A stretch of 64,000 nt of DNA from Camelus dromedarius (lineage: Eukaryota): contig NC_087437.1 in assembly GCF_036321535.1 (NCBI RefSeq), forward strand, positions 45,076,001-45,140,000, read 5' to 3'. The notes under the pieces were generated by a model that made no database searches, had not been told where the DNA came from, and saw only the letters and a list, made by a program, of their open reading frames with translations. The stretch's first letter is position 1; every line of letters starts with the position of its first letter. Shown here piece after piece: positions 25,898-38,439 of the stretch. The position numbers and the translations under genes were made by a program.

Positions 25898-27979
25898 CTT
25901 GAAGTTTGTAACTCTCAGAGTTGTCCAGACTCGAGCCTTCAGCAATTTATCAAATACAGTTCAGGTCTTCCTACGCCAACACTGTCTCTGAGAAGGGTTT
26001 CAGCTCGTGGGTTTCTTCCTCAGTAAGTTGTGATTCTCTGTATTTGCCTGTCTGTCTCTCCAATTTTGGAGGGCAGTGGTTTACTTGTGATCTAAGTTAT
26101 TCATACATCTAACATGATTTGTTGATTTTTTAGTTTGTTCAGCTTTTACTTTTTAGGTGACTTCCTAACATTTCTTACACATCAGACCTTTGTTATTTCT
26201 TTTCAAAGTAAATAAATACTTTGAAGCTAAAATCTCATCTCCTCTATTTCAATATTCTCATGGTACATTCTAATGAATAGGGTACAAACTTCTCAAAAAT
26301 TTTTTCTTGCAATTCAATCTTCATTTTCTTCTCATTAGCCATTCATAACAGCCATCTTGATCAGCAGGAAATCTTGCAGCTGACAAATAAAAATGGTTAG
26401 ACATATTTCCTTCATTAATTCCTTACTGATTCCACCCTCTTTTCTTTTCCTCATGATGAATGATCACCAGAGAAGCAAGTTGTTAGCTCATGTTTAAATA
26501 CCCTTCTTGTGCTGTCTAGCTGATATTAAGAAATTTTGACTTTGCTGATGTCATTTTTTTTTCATTCCATGATTACTCTAATACTTTCCATGCAGAAGTA
26601 TAAACTTCTTATTTTAGGAGTTTTGAATATATCACTCATAAAAAGTGCCTTGCCACTTCGGTAAAATGAGAAATTTAGAAATCTGAATTTACAGCATATA
26701 TTTACTCTCCTTCAAATTGAATCTTTCAGAAGAAAGCGTATTCTCTAACAGCTGTTGACACATTCATAGGCAGTGAGAAGATAAAAACATATAATCATGT
26801 TGTTTTAAAAAATAAAGTTCTGTGTTATCCAGTCTAACTTACAATTTCAAAGTCCTCTCCTATCTTCAATTTGGTTGATATTTTACAAACATGAGCTTTA
26901 AAAAAAAAATGAAATTGAATTATATTTCTCCCCTTAATGTTTTCTCTTTTTATCCAAAAGTTAAAAGGAAATCCAGACTTCCTCTTTCCCTTTAAAATAT
27001 ATAATATTTTCTTTAAACAGTAATTAAGTTGATGGTATATTTGAAGGGGCTGCAAAATTCTGTACACATTTTTCTTGTTGTTATGTGGGTTTAGGCAGAA
27101 AGATAATCAAAATTTTCCTAGCCCATTTTGTATTTTCAGGGATAAGACATGAACGGATGTAACTGTGACAAAGCACCAACTCACCTTTCACCTCAGCCTC
27201 ATCCCTCTCCCCTTTCAATACCAGCTTCTCTTTCACATAAAACTCTATAAATTTTTCTTTTTTTTTTTTTAAGTAAGCTATTTCAAAGACTCCTTATTTA
27301 GGATTTTAAACACTTTAATTGAGTTATCTAGGCTTATGCCTTATAACCTTTTCCTGAGAATTTTTTTCTGCATTTTGAGCAACAAGAACAGAGACAGAGG
27401 ACTGGCAAATATGCTTCTATCAATAATAAATGTGGTTGGAGAAATTCCTAGACTTTATTTGTTGCCATTAATGCTATGATGCAAACCATTACAACATGTC
27501 TACCAATATGGTCATGTAAATTTGCATCTTTAATGATTCTGTTGCTACCGGCTGATGAATATTCCATAGTAAAAACTTTGTTTGCTTTACAACAAAATTA
27601 TAACCAGGCAGGATAAGAGCCTCTAGGGCAATAATTGCTTCACAGTAGGGGGCATCCACATCTCAAATTGCTGTGCATCTGGCCTCTAAATCATCTGTAC
27701 GGAAGACAGTACCGCCAGCCAAGAAAGCAGCAAAAGTAAGGCCTATTTATCAATTTTCACAGCACAGTATATTTGGGGTATCTATAATTTATTCGTATTT
27801 TTCAAACAGAAAACCAACCAAAACTAAACCAGGCTTGATAGTTTCACAATGGAGTAATGGTTATAAATCTGGGACGGTGCTAGAAAATTAAGGTTCTGTT
27901 GTTACCACAGGTAAATACTACGGCCTTAAACCTTTCTAGACCAAGGCAATATCACAGCAAAATGGCACAAAAATAAGAG

Positions 27980-28215
27980 ATAACCCATGTTTTTGCTGAT
28001 CGTATGCTAGGTGCTCCGTTATGTGCTTCAGGTTAGATATTACATTTTTATTCCCATTCTAAATCTATGGCAGATTATTCACAGGTCACTCTGACTTACA
28101 GATGAGGTAACAGAGGCTCCAAGAAGCAAGGACATTTGCTCACACCTACAGCTGTCATGCAGCCACTCTGGAAATCAAACTTTTTTTTTGGTCTAAGTCT
28201 GTTTTCTTCATGACT
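27980..28215 (-). mobile_element. MIR
   Basis: ttacagatgaggtaacagaggctccaagaagcaaggacatttgctcacacctacagct is the antisense MIR core. Confidence 0.7.
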
Positions 28216-28499
28216 GAGATATTCACCTTTATTTTGGGGAATGTATACATTTTTATATCTATCCCAACATCCGAAATAGTTCTCAGGAATGGAACATAAA
28301 CAAACATACAACAAATCCAGCTCCAATTTGAAGGTGTGGAGCTATTTGCTTCTATTCCAAGACAAGTGACTGTTCCAGAATCAGGGCAAGGTGTGCTATT
28401 GGCCAACATGCTCGTACATTTACAAAAGCCAAAAGAAACACAAAATCAGCTAAGTTACCTTCAAGGCAGTGTTCCCAAGCATGCGGGGACCTGCTACTT

Positions 28500-28710
28500 T
28501 TCTCCTGCACATCGTCCTGTTTTATTTTCTACATAGCTTTCATCATTATGAGAAATTGTTGTATGCATTGAGTTATATTTTGCCCTCTTTCTGCCTCCTC
28601 TTATACTAAGGTAAGCATCATGAAAGCAGGGTCCTTGTAAGGTTGTTTTCAGCCAAATCCTCAGAGTTTAAAACAGCGATGAACTGTATGCACAGAATGA
28701 ATGGATTAAA
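28500..28710 (+). mobile_element. L2 3' end
   Basis: taaggtaagcatcatgaaagcagggtccttgt...gaatgaatggatt. Confidence 0.6.
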
Positions 28711-30206
28711 GGAAAAAATTCCTGGAGGAATTGTAAAGAACTGGGTATATTGAAGTGAGAAGCATTAAGGAATCATTTCCAAATAGCTATTGGCTATATG
28801 CTAACTTTTTTCTTACTGTCTGAGAAACTCTGCAATGTACAGTGTTATAAATGTAAGTTGGAAATACTACTTGAAAGAAAAAAAAAAAGGAAGCAAGAGA
28901 CTTTGTTAAACAATCACTTAGGATCAGTTTTTTTCAGAGAGGATGGAGAAATAATCCAAGGAGAAAGCTTTTGAAAACAAAGATACTCAATGGGTGGAAG
29001 AAAACCAAAGTGTTCAAAATATTAACAAAGTTCAAAAATCTAATAGAGAGTTTCTCTTAGTCGCCAAAACTCTATGGCATCTGAACATGTAGCAAGACTA
29101 AATCTGGCTTTTCTGAATACGTAATGCTCCACATTTGACATAACAATAAAAAAAATTGGGAAAATTTGCCAGGTTTGAAGGATACTTGTAAGAAGAGACC
29201 AAATATAAAGATTGGTGTTTTCCCTTCAAAGAGCAACAAAGTCATGGCTCATCAGTTGTTCAAGTGATGGGCTCTCTTCTTGGAATATGTGACTAAAATG
29301 TGAGAGAGATTTTCCCCAGGGTTATGAACAAAAGTCTCATTAACCTTTTATCCAGCTGGGCTGAAACACATGAAATTAATACTGGAGTTAAACAAAACAT
29401 AACAAACAAACAAACAAAAACTAGAGTCTGTCACTACTGCTTTTCAAGTATTATGTAGGGAACTGAAGGGCATGGACTCCAGGTGGTGTTTTTATGTTTT
29501 TTTCCCCTTTTGAAGGTCATACCTTTGGAAGAGAAAAGAAGATATGAAAAACGAACAGCTGGTTGCATCAATGGCATCTACGAACAGGATTTGGTTTTTT
29601 TGGATCATGATTATGCTAACAAAATCACTAACTCCTGCAGTGCAAAGTGCATCTCCGGGGTCCAGAAAGGACATATTTTTCAGGACATTTACTGACAAAT
29701 CAAGAAGATTCTTAAATCTCAAGAGGGATAGCAAATGCCATGAGGAAAGGTCAATAACAGATAACATGATGTGTATCAATTAAAATGCAGAGAGGAAAAA
29801 CGGTGGTGTAGATACTATTTCTAAGGAAAAATTAGCAAATGTATTAGAATGTACATTAATGCCTTTATGCTGATAAATAATAATACTGCAATTAATTATA
29901 ATAAGATAAATATAAAACCTTAACATAAAGAAGGCAAATACGGGATGGGGTGTAGCTCTGAATTGCTATAGTGAAAGCTATACCATGCTCAGGAGTAACA
30001 ACCTGAATGAAAAAGAGAAGATTAGAATTTGACATCAAGATTATAAATAATTATTTATAAATTTACTTAAGGTAAAAAAGCACTTGGTTATAGAAGAAAG
30101 AGATTTCAACGGCATCTTATTTTGGAAATAAACTCTGCCTAACCAACCACAATGACTTCCTACTAAAGGTTACAAAACAGGCAAAGTAGCAAGGGTTTCA
30201 GCAGGA

Positions 30207-30310
30207 GGGATTAGCTAGGAATTCCATTTTAAGAAACTCCAATATATGATAAATTCTTGGGATTAGCTAGGAATTCCATTTTAAGAAACTCCAATATATG
30301 ATAAATTCTT
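30207..30310. repeat. Perfect tandem duplication, 2 x 52 bp
   Basis: gggattagctaggaattccattttaagaaactccaatatatgataaattctt at 30207-30258 and again at 30259-30310. Confidence 0.97.
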
Positions 30311-30586
30311 GAATCATTTTGCCTTAATAATTTTCTTTTTCTAATATTTTAGAAAGAAACTAGAGGATCTTTTTATGTGGATATAATACTACCTCACATG
30401 GGGAAAAAAGTAGAGAAAGGGATGCTGTAAATAATCATAACTTCAGAAACGTTTCTCATGCTTTCTAAAAGTCTGCAGTTTCCAAAAAAACAGAATGTGG
30501 TCCTGTATAATTAAGGGTTTAGGAGTATAGAAAACAGCTTCAGGGAAAGAGAAAAAGATATGACCCTGTTACCCAAACTTCTAGAG

Positions 30587-30802
30587 CAGGAGTTCTGATC
30601 TGGCGGCAGTTCTACCTCCAGGTTACACCTGGCTACATCTAGAGACATTTTAGGTTGTCACAACTTGGGGACACTGCTAGCATCTAGTGGGCGGAGGCCC
30701 AGGAAGCTACTCAACATCCTACAGCATAGCATCCTGCAGTCCCCGCCCCAACAAACAGTAACCAGCGCAAAATGCTGATATAATTGAAGTTGAGAAGTCC
30801 TG
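30587..30802. mobile_element. MER20 DNA transposon
   Basis: gagacattttaggttgtcacaacttgggg...tgctagcatctagtgggcggaggcccaggaagctactcaacatcctacag...gttgagaagtcctg. Terminal inverted repeats cagga.../...tcctg. Confidence 0.85.
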
Positions 30803-30935
30803 CTCTAGGTAATAATAGAGCTCCGGGAATGTGTGAAATCCTCCCCCCCCCAAAATCACAAATTGCTACAATGAGAAAAAAGAGTAAATATCAAAACAAT
30901 CATGGCTATATGTGAAGCTCCCTGCTGGAAAGCCA

Positions 30936-31088
30936 TTAAGCCATTTTGAGTTTATTTTTGTATATGGTGTGAGGGGGTGTTCTAACTTCAGTGATTTACA
31001 TGCAGCTGTCCGGTTTTCCCAGCACCACTTGCTGAAGAGGCTGTCTTTTCTCCCTTGTATATTCTTGACTCCTTTGTCGAAGAATGAC
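30936..31088 (-). mobile_element. Isolated internal L1 ORF2 fragment
   Basis: ccattttgagtttatttttgtatatggtgtgag...cccagcaccacttgctgaagaggctgtcttttctcc is the reverse complement of the region at ~48900-49055 of the large L1. Confidence 0.9.
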
Positions 31089-31214
31089 TATATGTGTGTG
31101 TATGGTGAAGCTGGAAAGCAATGTTTATATTTAAAGAATATCAGACTTGGATTCAGCAGGCCTGGTTAATTAGTTTTGTTCCAGTTACATTCTTGTATAA
31201 TACTGAGGTGCAAG

Positions 31215-31478
31215 CAAGTCTAGTAGTTATGAGTAGGAGTTACAGAATAACTCAGTAGGATTCATATCCTAAATCTGACAGTTACTAGCTGATGGCTGTT
31301 GGAGGTTCTTTTCAATGAGCTTCATTTTGTGTTTTTGTTTTTAATCTTTCAAATGAGGATAAAAATGATATCTACTTCATAATATTTTTTGTGGGTATTA
31401 GGTGCAATAATAAAAGGAAAGCACTTAGCAAAATGCTTGTAATAGTGTGGGGCAAACAGCTTTTATTTATTACTATTT
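31215..31478 (+). mobile_element. MIR, near full length
   Basis: gattcatatcctaaatctgacagttactagctg...tttcaaatgaggataaaaatgatatctacttcata...aaagcacttagcaaaatgcttg. Confidence 0.7.
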
Positions 31479-32395
31479 TCTTTGCTCTCATTTTCTTCAC
31501 CTATAAATTAAGAATACCTGCTAGGATGGTTTCCAAGGTTAGATTTAAGATCTGAAACTTCTTGTCAGTTAACAGACCCCAGTAAAAAATCAATAACTAA
31601 AACTGAAGAAAGAAAAAAAATATATAAAAGTGATCTATTTAAAAGATCCTATTTATAATACTGAAATAAATCTGTGGTTTTTACACTAGATTTTAAAACA
31701 TAGTAAATTTTAAAAATAATACTAAAATAGACCAAAAGAGCTTTTACATTTAGGGCTGGGAGTGAACATAAGAAAACAAACTTGCAATTTGGTAGAAAGA
31801 TAAAGAAGGGAAAACAGAATTATGCAATTTCTACTCTATTTTAGCTTTTAAAAAACAAACAAACATGATTAAGAAGTTCATTGAGTTAGGACAAAACCAG
31901 AACCAATGTTTGATATGTTAAGCTAAAATCTGATGACCAAAGACATTGAAAACTAACACAGAAGACAAGACACTAAGCAAGAACCAAGCTCTTTTTGAAA
32001 ACCTTATCCCCAGCTCAGGATGATGAATGACTTACCAGTTTACTAAGGAGTACTTTAGAAGAAGTTAGAATGCAACTTTGAAAAAACCCTATAGAAATAA
32101 GACCTGAAAAACATCATCCTGATATTTCTTAAAGAAGCAGTAAATGGACAGATTCTGGAAACTCTAGACTACTATCTCCCAACTGTCAGTCCATTTTGTA
32201 ACTATCAGGACTTCAGCCATTTCTGCATAGTATCAGTATTTGTCTTAAGAATATAAGGTTTTGATTACTTCTATAAATGGAGACCAGGTGTTACTTACTA
32301 CTAATAAAAATATCATGATGACTATGATGAACACAAAACCATTTCTTAAAACTCTTTCTAGATGCTCCTGCCTGCCAAAACTTGCATCTAAGAAC

Positions 32396-32880
32396 TTTTT
32401 TTTTTAACATTTTTTTTGAGTTATAGTCATTTTTCAATGTTGTGTCAAATTCCAGTGTAGAGCACAATTTTTCAGTTATACATGAACATACATATATTCA
32501 TTGTCACATTTTTTTTCGCTGTGAGTTACCATAAGATCTTTTATATAGTTCCCTGTGCTATACAGTATAATCTTGTTTATCTATTCTACATTTTGAAATT
32601 CCAGTCTGTCCCTTCTCACCCCTTGCCCCCTTGGCAATCATGTTTGTATTCTATGTTTATGAGACTGTTTCTGAAACAGCCTAAATGTCCATCAACAGAT
32701 GACTGGATAAAGAAGATGTGGTATATTTATACAATGGAATACTATTCAGCCATAAAAACTGACAATATAACGTCATTTGCAGCAGCATAGATGTTCCTGG
32801 AGAATGTCATTCTAAGCAAAGTAAGCCAGAAAGAGAAAGAAAAATACAATATGAGATCGCTCATATGTGGAATCTAAGAA
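32396..32880 (-). mobile_element. Lineage-specific L1 3' end with 5' inversion (twin priming)
   Basis: Poly-T plus antisense 3' UTR 32396-32673, then sense ORF2 end 32674-32878 ([28 protein letters not shown]). Both flanks read atctaagaa(aa)cttttt. Confidence 0.9.
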
Positions 32881-33124
32881 AACTTTTTTTTTAAATTGGG
32901 ATATTTTAAGTGTTACTAAAATGTGTTAAATAAATACCAAACTGAGACATCTATCTTGATGGAATATAATTTTATAGTTGAAAAGGGAAAGGTTCATCTC
33001 ATCCAATTAATATCATATAATTATTCCATTCATAATCATTTAAGTCAGCACACCACATAAAATGAAGTTCAGCTAAAGTCAACTTGAACCACCAAAGTAT
33101 GATGTCTTGCTGTAGGCAAATATG

Positions 33125-33290
33125 CCATAGAAACTTCCAGAATCACCAGGGGAGTTGTTTTAAATCTACCCATGCTCAGGGCACCCAGCAGAGCTTCACA
33201 TTCGGTTGATCTGAGTGGGACCTGGGCATCAGCATATTCCCCAGACTCCAAGGTGATTATAACGTGCAGCAGAGAGTGAGAACTCGGCTC
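33125..33290. mobile_element. MER5-family DNA transposon
   Basis: cagaatcaccagggggag...tctgagtgggacctgggcatcagcat...ccaaggtgattataacgtgcagc. Confidence 0.7.
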
Positions 33291-33409
33291 CAGAACAACA
33301 CACTTCATACAGAAGATTATTTAGCAGCTTGTTTGAGGGATCTTAGAAAACAAATCGTTCAATACTCAGATCCAACTTTTATTTTCTGATATAATTTGTA
33401 GACTAATAA

Positions 33410-34420
33410 TCAAGGCAAGATCACAGATATACTGAATGCTGGTTTCAGCAAGGCATTTAACAAATCTTGATTGTATCGCAGAAAAAAAATTTAATGCTAC
33501 ATGATAATAAAAGTAGTTTGATTTCTGTCTGGTTAAGCTACTATCCAAAGTATATCTAAAGGGTGTGTGGGGTGTGTGTGTGGAGGGAGGGAAGAAATGT
33601 GTCCTATATAAACTCTAATCCTCTACTTTGACAGTTGCAAAATCTTTATCAATGATGTGAGTAGGAGGAGGCTGACTTATAAAAACTATGGTGACATAAT
33701 ATTATGAACAACGTATAATAGCTGGTATGACAAAGGTCAACTTTTAAAATAACCTTATTCTAAAATAGTAATGTTTAATAGAGGAAAGAAAGCTTACTCT
33801 TGGATTCTGAGTTAAAGATTTGGCTATGAAAGTACAGGATAATGGTCTTGTGGTTTTAGTAGCACCCATGTTAAAAGAAACAGGAATTTGGCAGTTTGTA
33901 TGTTCATTATGAAACACTGGAGTTTTGTGGCTATTCAAACAAAACAACCCTCTCTAATGTGAACTTAGCTGCATCAAAAGAAAAGTCACTGTATCAGAAT
34001 ATGTTTTACCCTCACTCTGCTCAGGTCATACGGGACATGAAATTCTGGATGCTAATTTTTTTAAAGTGTTAGTAAACAAATTTGTCAAAAAAAATAAATA
34101 AGATAAAATAGGATCTTGAAGTGTGGTAATATTAAAAAAAAAAGATTAAATGAGCTGAACTTTCAACTTGGAAATAAGTGTGTGCAGTGACCACAAGAAG
34201 CAAAAAATGTTTGGCTAAGAACTAACCTCAAGTCAAGCCTCAGATCATTCACACATAAGGAATGACTTATCCTTAAGGTAAGTAGCTCTCTTACAACTGG
34301 AATTTTTCAACCAAACGGAGTGACTTCCTTTGAGAAACTGTGAAAGTTGGGTGCTGGCTGTGTGGTAAAAATTTGGACAGTTTTTCCCACTAGCTTCCTT
34401 ACAGGTCTAACATTCGTTTA
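33410..34420 (+). mobile_element. L3/CR1 LINE remnant
   Basis: tttcagcaaggcatttaacaaa resembles the CR1 RT motif DFSKAFD. CR1-like 3' end gtaagtagctctcttacaactggaatttttcaac...ttggacag...ttccttacaggtctaacattc. Confidence 0.55.
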
Positions 34421-35539
34421 ACACATGGTTCAGAGGACCAAGCAATTTGTTTGAGATTATGAAACTACTTAATATCAGAAATGAAATTAGAAGTGAAGGT
34501 TTCTAGTCCTCTTCTAATATAGTTAGTTGATATTTCTTGAAGAAAATAATTATATATTGCCATTTTATAGATTTGATTATATTCTCCTTCTGTATTCTAT
34601 TTCCAATGGCCACAGAGAGTATGAGAGATGTACAAGTTTGTTTTCTGGCTTGCAATAGGAATTTAATGACATATTGTCAATTTGCAAATCATAGGCGATT
34701 CAGTCTGAACTACATGACGCAAGTAGGAATCATGTACATGTGCACATAAAAGGTAAAAAGTGCACCTTCTTGCCATCTTATAACAGTTTACATTTGGCAT
34801 CTGGGGGAGTGCTTTAAGTTCCATTAGAATGTATTAGTCTGTCACAAAACTAGCTTTAGAAATTATGGCCTTGAGCAAGTTCTTCTTTCTTTGAATGAAT
34901 GAAATATGATTGTTGAAAATAACTTCTTAACGACTTCCATTTATTTTTGAAGCCAGTAAACACACTGTGAAAGAGAAATAAGCTTTGGCATTTCCCTTCA
35001 AAAATTCTTCAAATTGTGGATAACTATGTATAAATATTGCCTTCGTAAACTATGCAGGAAATAGATGCTCTCTCCATGGCTCAGGACCTCCTGATCATAA
35101 TCAAATTGAGTGAGTGAAAGATCCATATTCCACATCAGATTTGAAGTCATCCAGCTCTCATAAAACGCCTGAGATGTGATTATAAAATGAATTAACCATA
35201 ATCTTTACAGAGGTGTCAGATGCACATATTTAATTTTGCATGTTTTTAAAGGCTAATAAATCAGGTGAAAAGAAGTATATGCCAGAAGCTATAACAATTT
35301 TTACACTCAGTTAGACGAGGTGCTTTTTTCTGTTACTTTAATAAATACTCAGTTAGCCAAAGTTTCTGGCACTGAAAGTCTGGAGTTGTATGAACACTCT
35401 GAACAGTAACAGTAATTTAAAATGATTTGCACTTTCAGCAGACATTCACTATACACTCTTCAAATACATAAATAAATAAATAAGAAAGCATGAGCCATTA
35501 AATAAGATACTTTTTCTATATTCACAAAAATAAAGTCTT

Positions 35540-35740
35540 GTGGCTCTCTACTTTACTAGCCATTTGATTAGGCAAGCTACTTTTTTGTTCTTATTTCCTC
35601 GTCTGTAAAATTAGAATATTAATAAGAGTCGTGGATTGTTGTGATGATTAAGTAGAATAATGAATGCAAAGTAATTAAGGTAGGCCTGGCACTCAGAAAA
35701 CATTCAGTAAACCCTAATTACTCCTGCTGTCACTGTTGTT
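35540..35740 (+). mobile_element. MIR
   Basis: tttcctcgtctgtaaaattagaatattaata...ggattgttgtgatgattaagtagaataatgaatgcaaagta...gcctggcactcagaaa. Confidence 0.75.
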
Positions 35741-35861
35741 AGTACTATCCCTCCTTCTTTTCATTCTCTATTTAACAAGTGTGGAAGATAACATATTTGG
35801 TAAAAAGGCCTATAAAGTGGAATCTCTCTTTGCTTTTTTACATTAAAGTATAAAAGATTTC

Positions 35862-36268
35862 TGGTAAGGACTGAATGCTTGTATCACCCTCAAAACTCCT
35901 ATCTCGAAACCTTATCCTCCATTGTCATGGTATTACGCAACGGGGCCTTTCGGAGGTGCTTGGGTTTTGATGAGATCATGAGGGTAGGGCCTTCATCATG
36001 GGATCCGTGACCTTATAAGGAGAGAAAGAGACTTGAGGGCTTTCTCTCCCCTCAGCCTGACCTCCTAATATGCAGGCACTAAGGAATGGTCACGTGAAGG
36101 CACAGCAAGGAAGTAGCTGCGTACAAGCAGGGAAGCCAGACTTCGCCAGACACCAAATCTGCCAGCACCCTGACCTCAGACTGCTCAGCCTCCATAACTG
36201 TGAGAAAGTCAGCTGTTTAATCCATCCAGTCTACAGTGATGAGAAAGCACCCCGAGCCAAATAAGACA
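35862..36268 (+). mobile_element. MaLR solo LTR (MLT1A/B-like)
   Basis: tggtaaggactgaatgcttgtatc...gccagacaccaaatctgccagcaccctgacctcagactgctcagcctccataactgtgagaaa...ccgagccaaataagaca. Confidence 0.85.
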
Positions 36269-36629
36269 ACTTCATTCTCCTACTCACCTGCACGTGCACA
36301 GTTACGCACACACACAGAAAGTTATGATATAGGCATCCTAGAGACTTAATAGACCTTTTACAAAAACAGCACTGATTCATGTTAGGTGAATGTTTCCTCT
36401 ACGAACCACGTAGCCTGACCTCTAAAACTGTGCTCCTAAGACAGCTCTTCCCACAGGAGGTATCTTAACACATTACTTGTCAAATGGAAGTTCTGAAAAA
36501 GATACAAATAGAAGCCCACAAAGTGTCAATTTCAAATAAAAATTTGGAAACAACACATACAAAAATATTCTTGGGAATACTGCATTGTAGTGAGTTTTAT
36601 TATATTTTAAAGTTATCCAGAATTTCCTT

Positions 36630-37042
36630 TCATTGGAAAACAGCACCTTGATCTCTTTCCTGCAGTTACTTCTCCTCTGTTATGTGCAGTCCTGGTGGGA
36701 TTGTAAGTGAAAGGGGCCTTTTATATACAAAAATGCTTGATATGTAACCCAAACTAGCCAATTGAATTCTATCTCCTATGATTTTCAATCTCAACCTGAA
36801 AGACCCAAGGGCTGAAATAATAAACCGAAAGACAGTTGGAGCTCAAGCATTTCATGGTTGTTCCCTAAAAGGATTTTTGTTACGTTCTTAGTACCCAGAT
36901 CCTGGGTCTGCATTTTCCAAGCCTATTCTCCATCCTTGTTAATTCTGTCAGCTACAAGATAAAGTACAATTATGTTCCAACTCTGCTCAATTTAGGCAAT
37001 GTCTTTCTTTTGCTTGCAGTGAAAATAACCTAAACTGATAAA
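36630..37042 (+). mobile_element. Old MaLR LTR (MLT1K/L-like)
   Basis: atgtaacccaaactagccaattgaattct... and the end ttcttttgcttgcagtgaaaataacctaaactgataaata. Confidence 0.55.
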
Positions 37043-38439
37043 TACAGACAAAACAAACAAATAGACAAATACACATACAACCTGCCAACCAGCCAGGAAG
37101 GAAATATGTGTTTTTATATGTATGTATCTGTACATATCCTTATCTGTCTATTTATATCTATGTTTTACCAAACATTTCTTAACCCGATTTGACCAAAAAG
37201 CTCCTCCCCTCTGCTTCACCCCCTTGTCTTCTCCACATATGTTAGCTCTAGTTAACATGCTCTGAGCAACCCTGATGCATTAACCATTTCCATGAGGAAT
37301 GTGTTAAATCTGGAGGACTGAGACTCGCATGTCACAGTCCATTCCTGCCTCCATTACATTCACTTCCCCAGCTTCTACATATCATCTTCATTATGTCTAA
37401 GTGATTGCATCACATTGCTCGAACACTGAAAAATCCACACTTACACAAGAAAACTCATTTTGAATTGTGTCACCTGGGCTTTTGCACAGGAATGTAAAGA
37501 AGTGCCATCTTTCATTAAGTTCAAAAATGAGATCAGAAACTTACCCAGGTTACTGTATTTTTCCCCCTGCTTTCATGTATATTGACATAAGGAAATTAAT
37601 CAATAAGCAAGGACAAGGGGTGAAAGCATATGGTCTTTGATATTTAATAAATGGATTAGTGGTGTTCCTTGCTTAAGCATATAAATTAATAAGCATTAGG
37701 TCCTTTACTTAATGAGGAATTTCCCTTTTAAAACCTGAATGAATTATCGAAAAGACCATGGCATAAATTCAAAGGCATTTTCTGACCTTCTTATATTCTG
37801 GACAGCATGAATTTTTAATAAGATGCTGTATATCTAGAAAGTCTATTAGAAATTGTTCATATGAAAACTTTGCTTAAAAAAAAAAAAACACAGTGAGGCA
37901 AAGAAACTACCTAAGATAGGAAGAGAATATTTAGCTTATGGGATGTTGAAGTTTTGAAAAAAGGGCTGATGATCTCATTTTGCTTTAAAATATTAATAAG
38001 GAATAATAAAGACTTATTTTTATTAATGATTTTATCACATTATATTTTAAAATGATCAACACTGTAGGAAATAATAGGAATACAACTGTTAAGAGGTATT
38101 TTAAGGATAAAAATCACAGGTAATAATGAAAGTTTTCTATGTCTTGTACCATAGCCTGCATTACAAAATTTGTTCTGTAAAATATGCTTTCCAAGATTTT
38201 TAAAGTCAAAAGAAAATGTCTTACTAAAATCTGTAATAAAATATCATATTTTTAATTAAGATATATTTTAATTTAAAAAACATAAAAAGGCTTGGCATGG
38301 TCTGCTAATGCTTAATCTAAACTTGGTTGTTTATATCACAGCAAAGATACTACAGAACTTTCATTAAGCCTGGAAGAAAAGTAGTTAACAGACCACTCTC
38401 TTGAGGAGGTAGAAGTAGAATGGCTGGGCTCCATGGCAG

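Larger units (their letters stand above)
19750..26190 (-). mobile_element. Old L1MC-type element retaining both ends, internally deleted, hosting two younger L1 insertions
   Basis: L1MC1-like 3' UTR at 19750-20059 resumes at 21547. Antisense ORF2 runs to ~23540, ORF1 region ~24050-24900, and 5' UTR to ~26190. Confidence 0.75.

Noticed and set aside
30207..30310. Direct repeats as a CRISPR-like array
   Set aside because: Two abutting copies with no spacer, in eukaryotic DNA.
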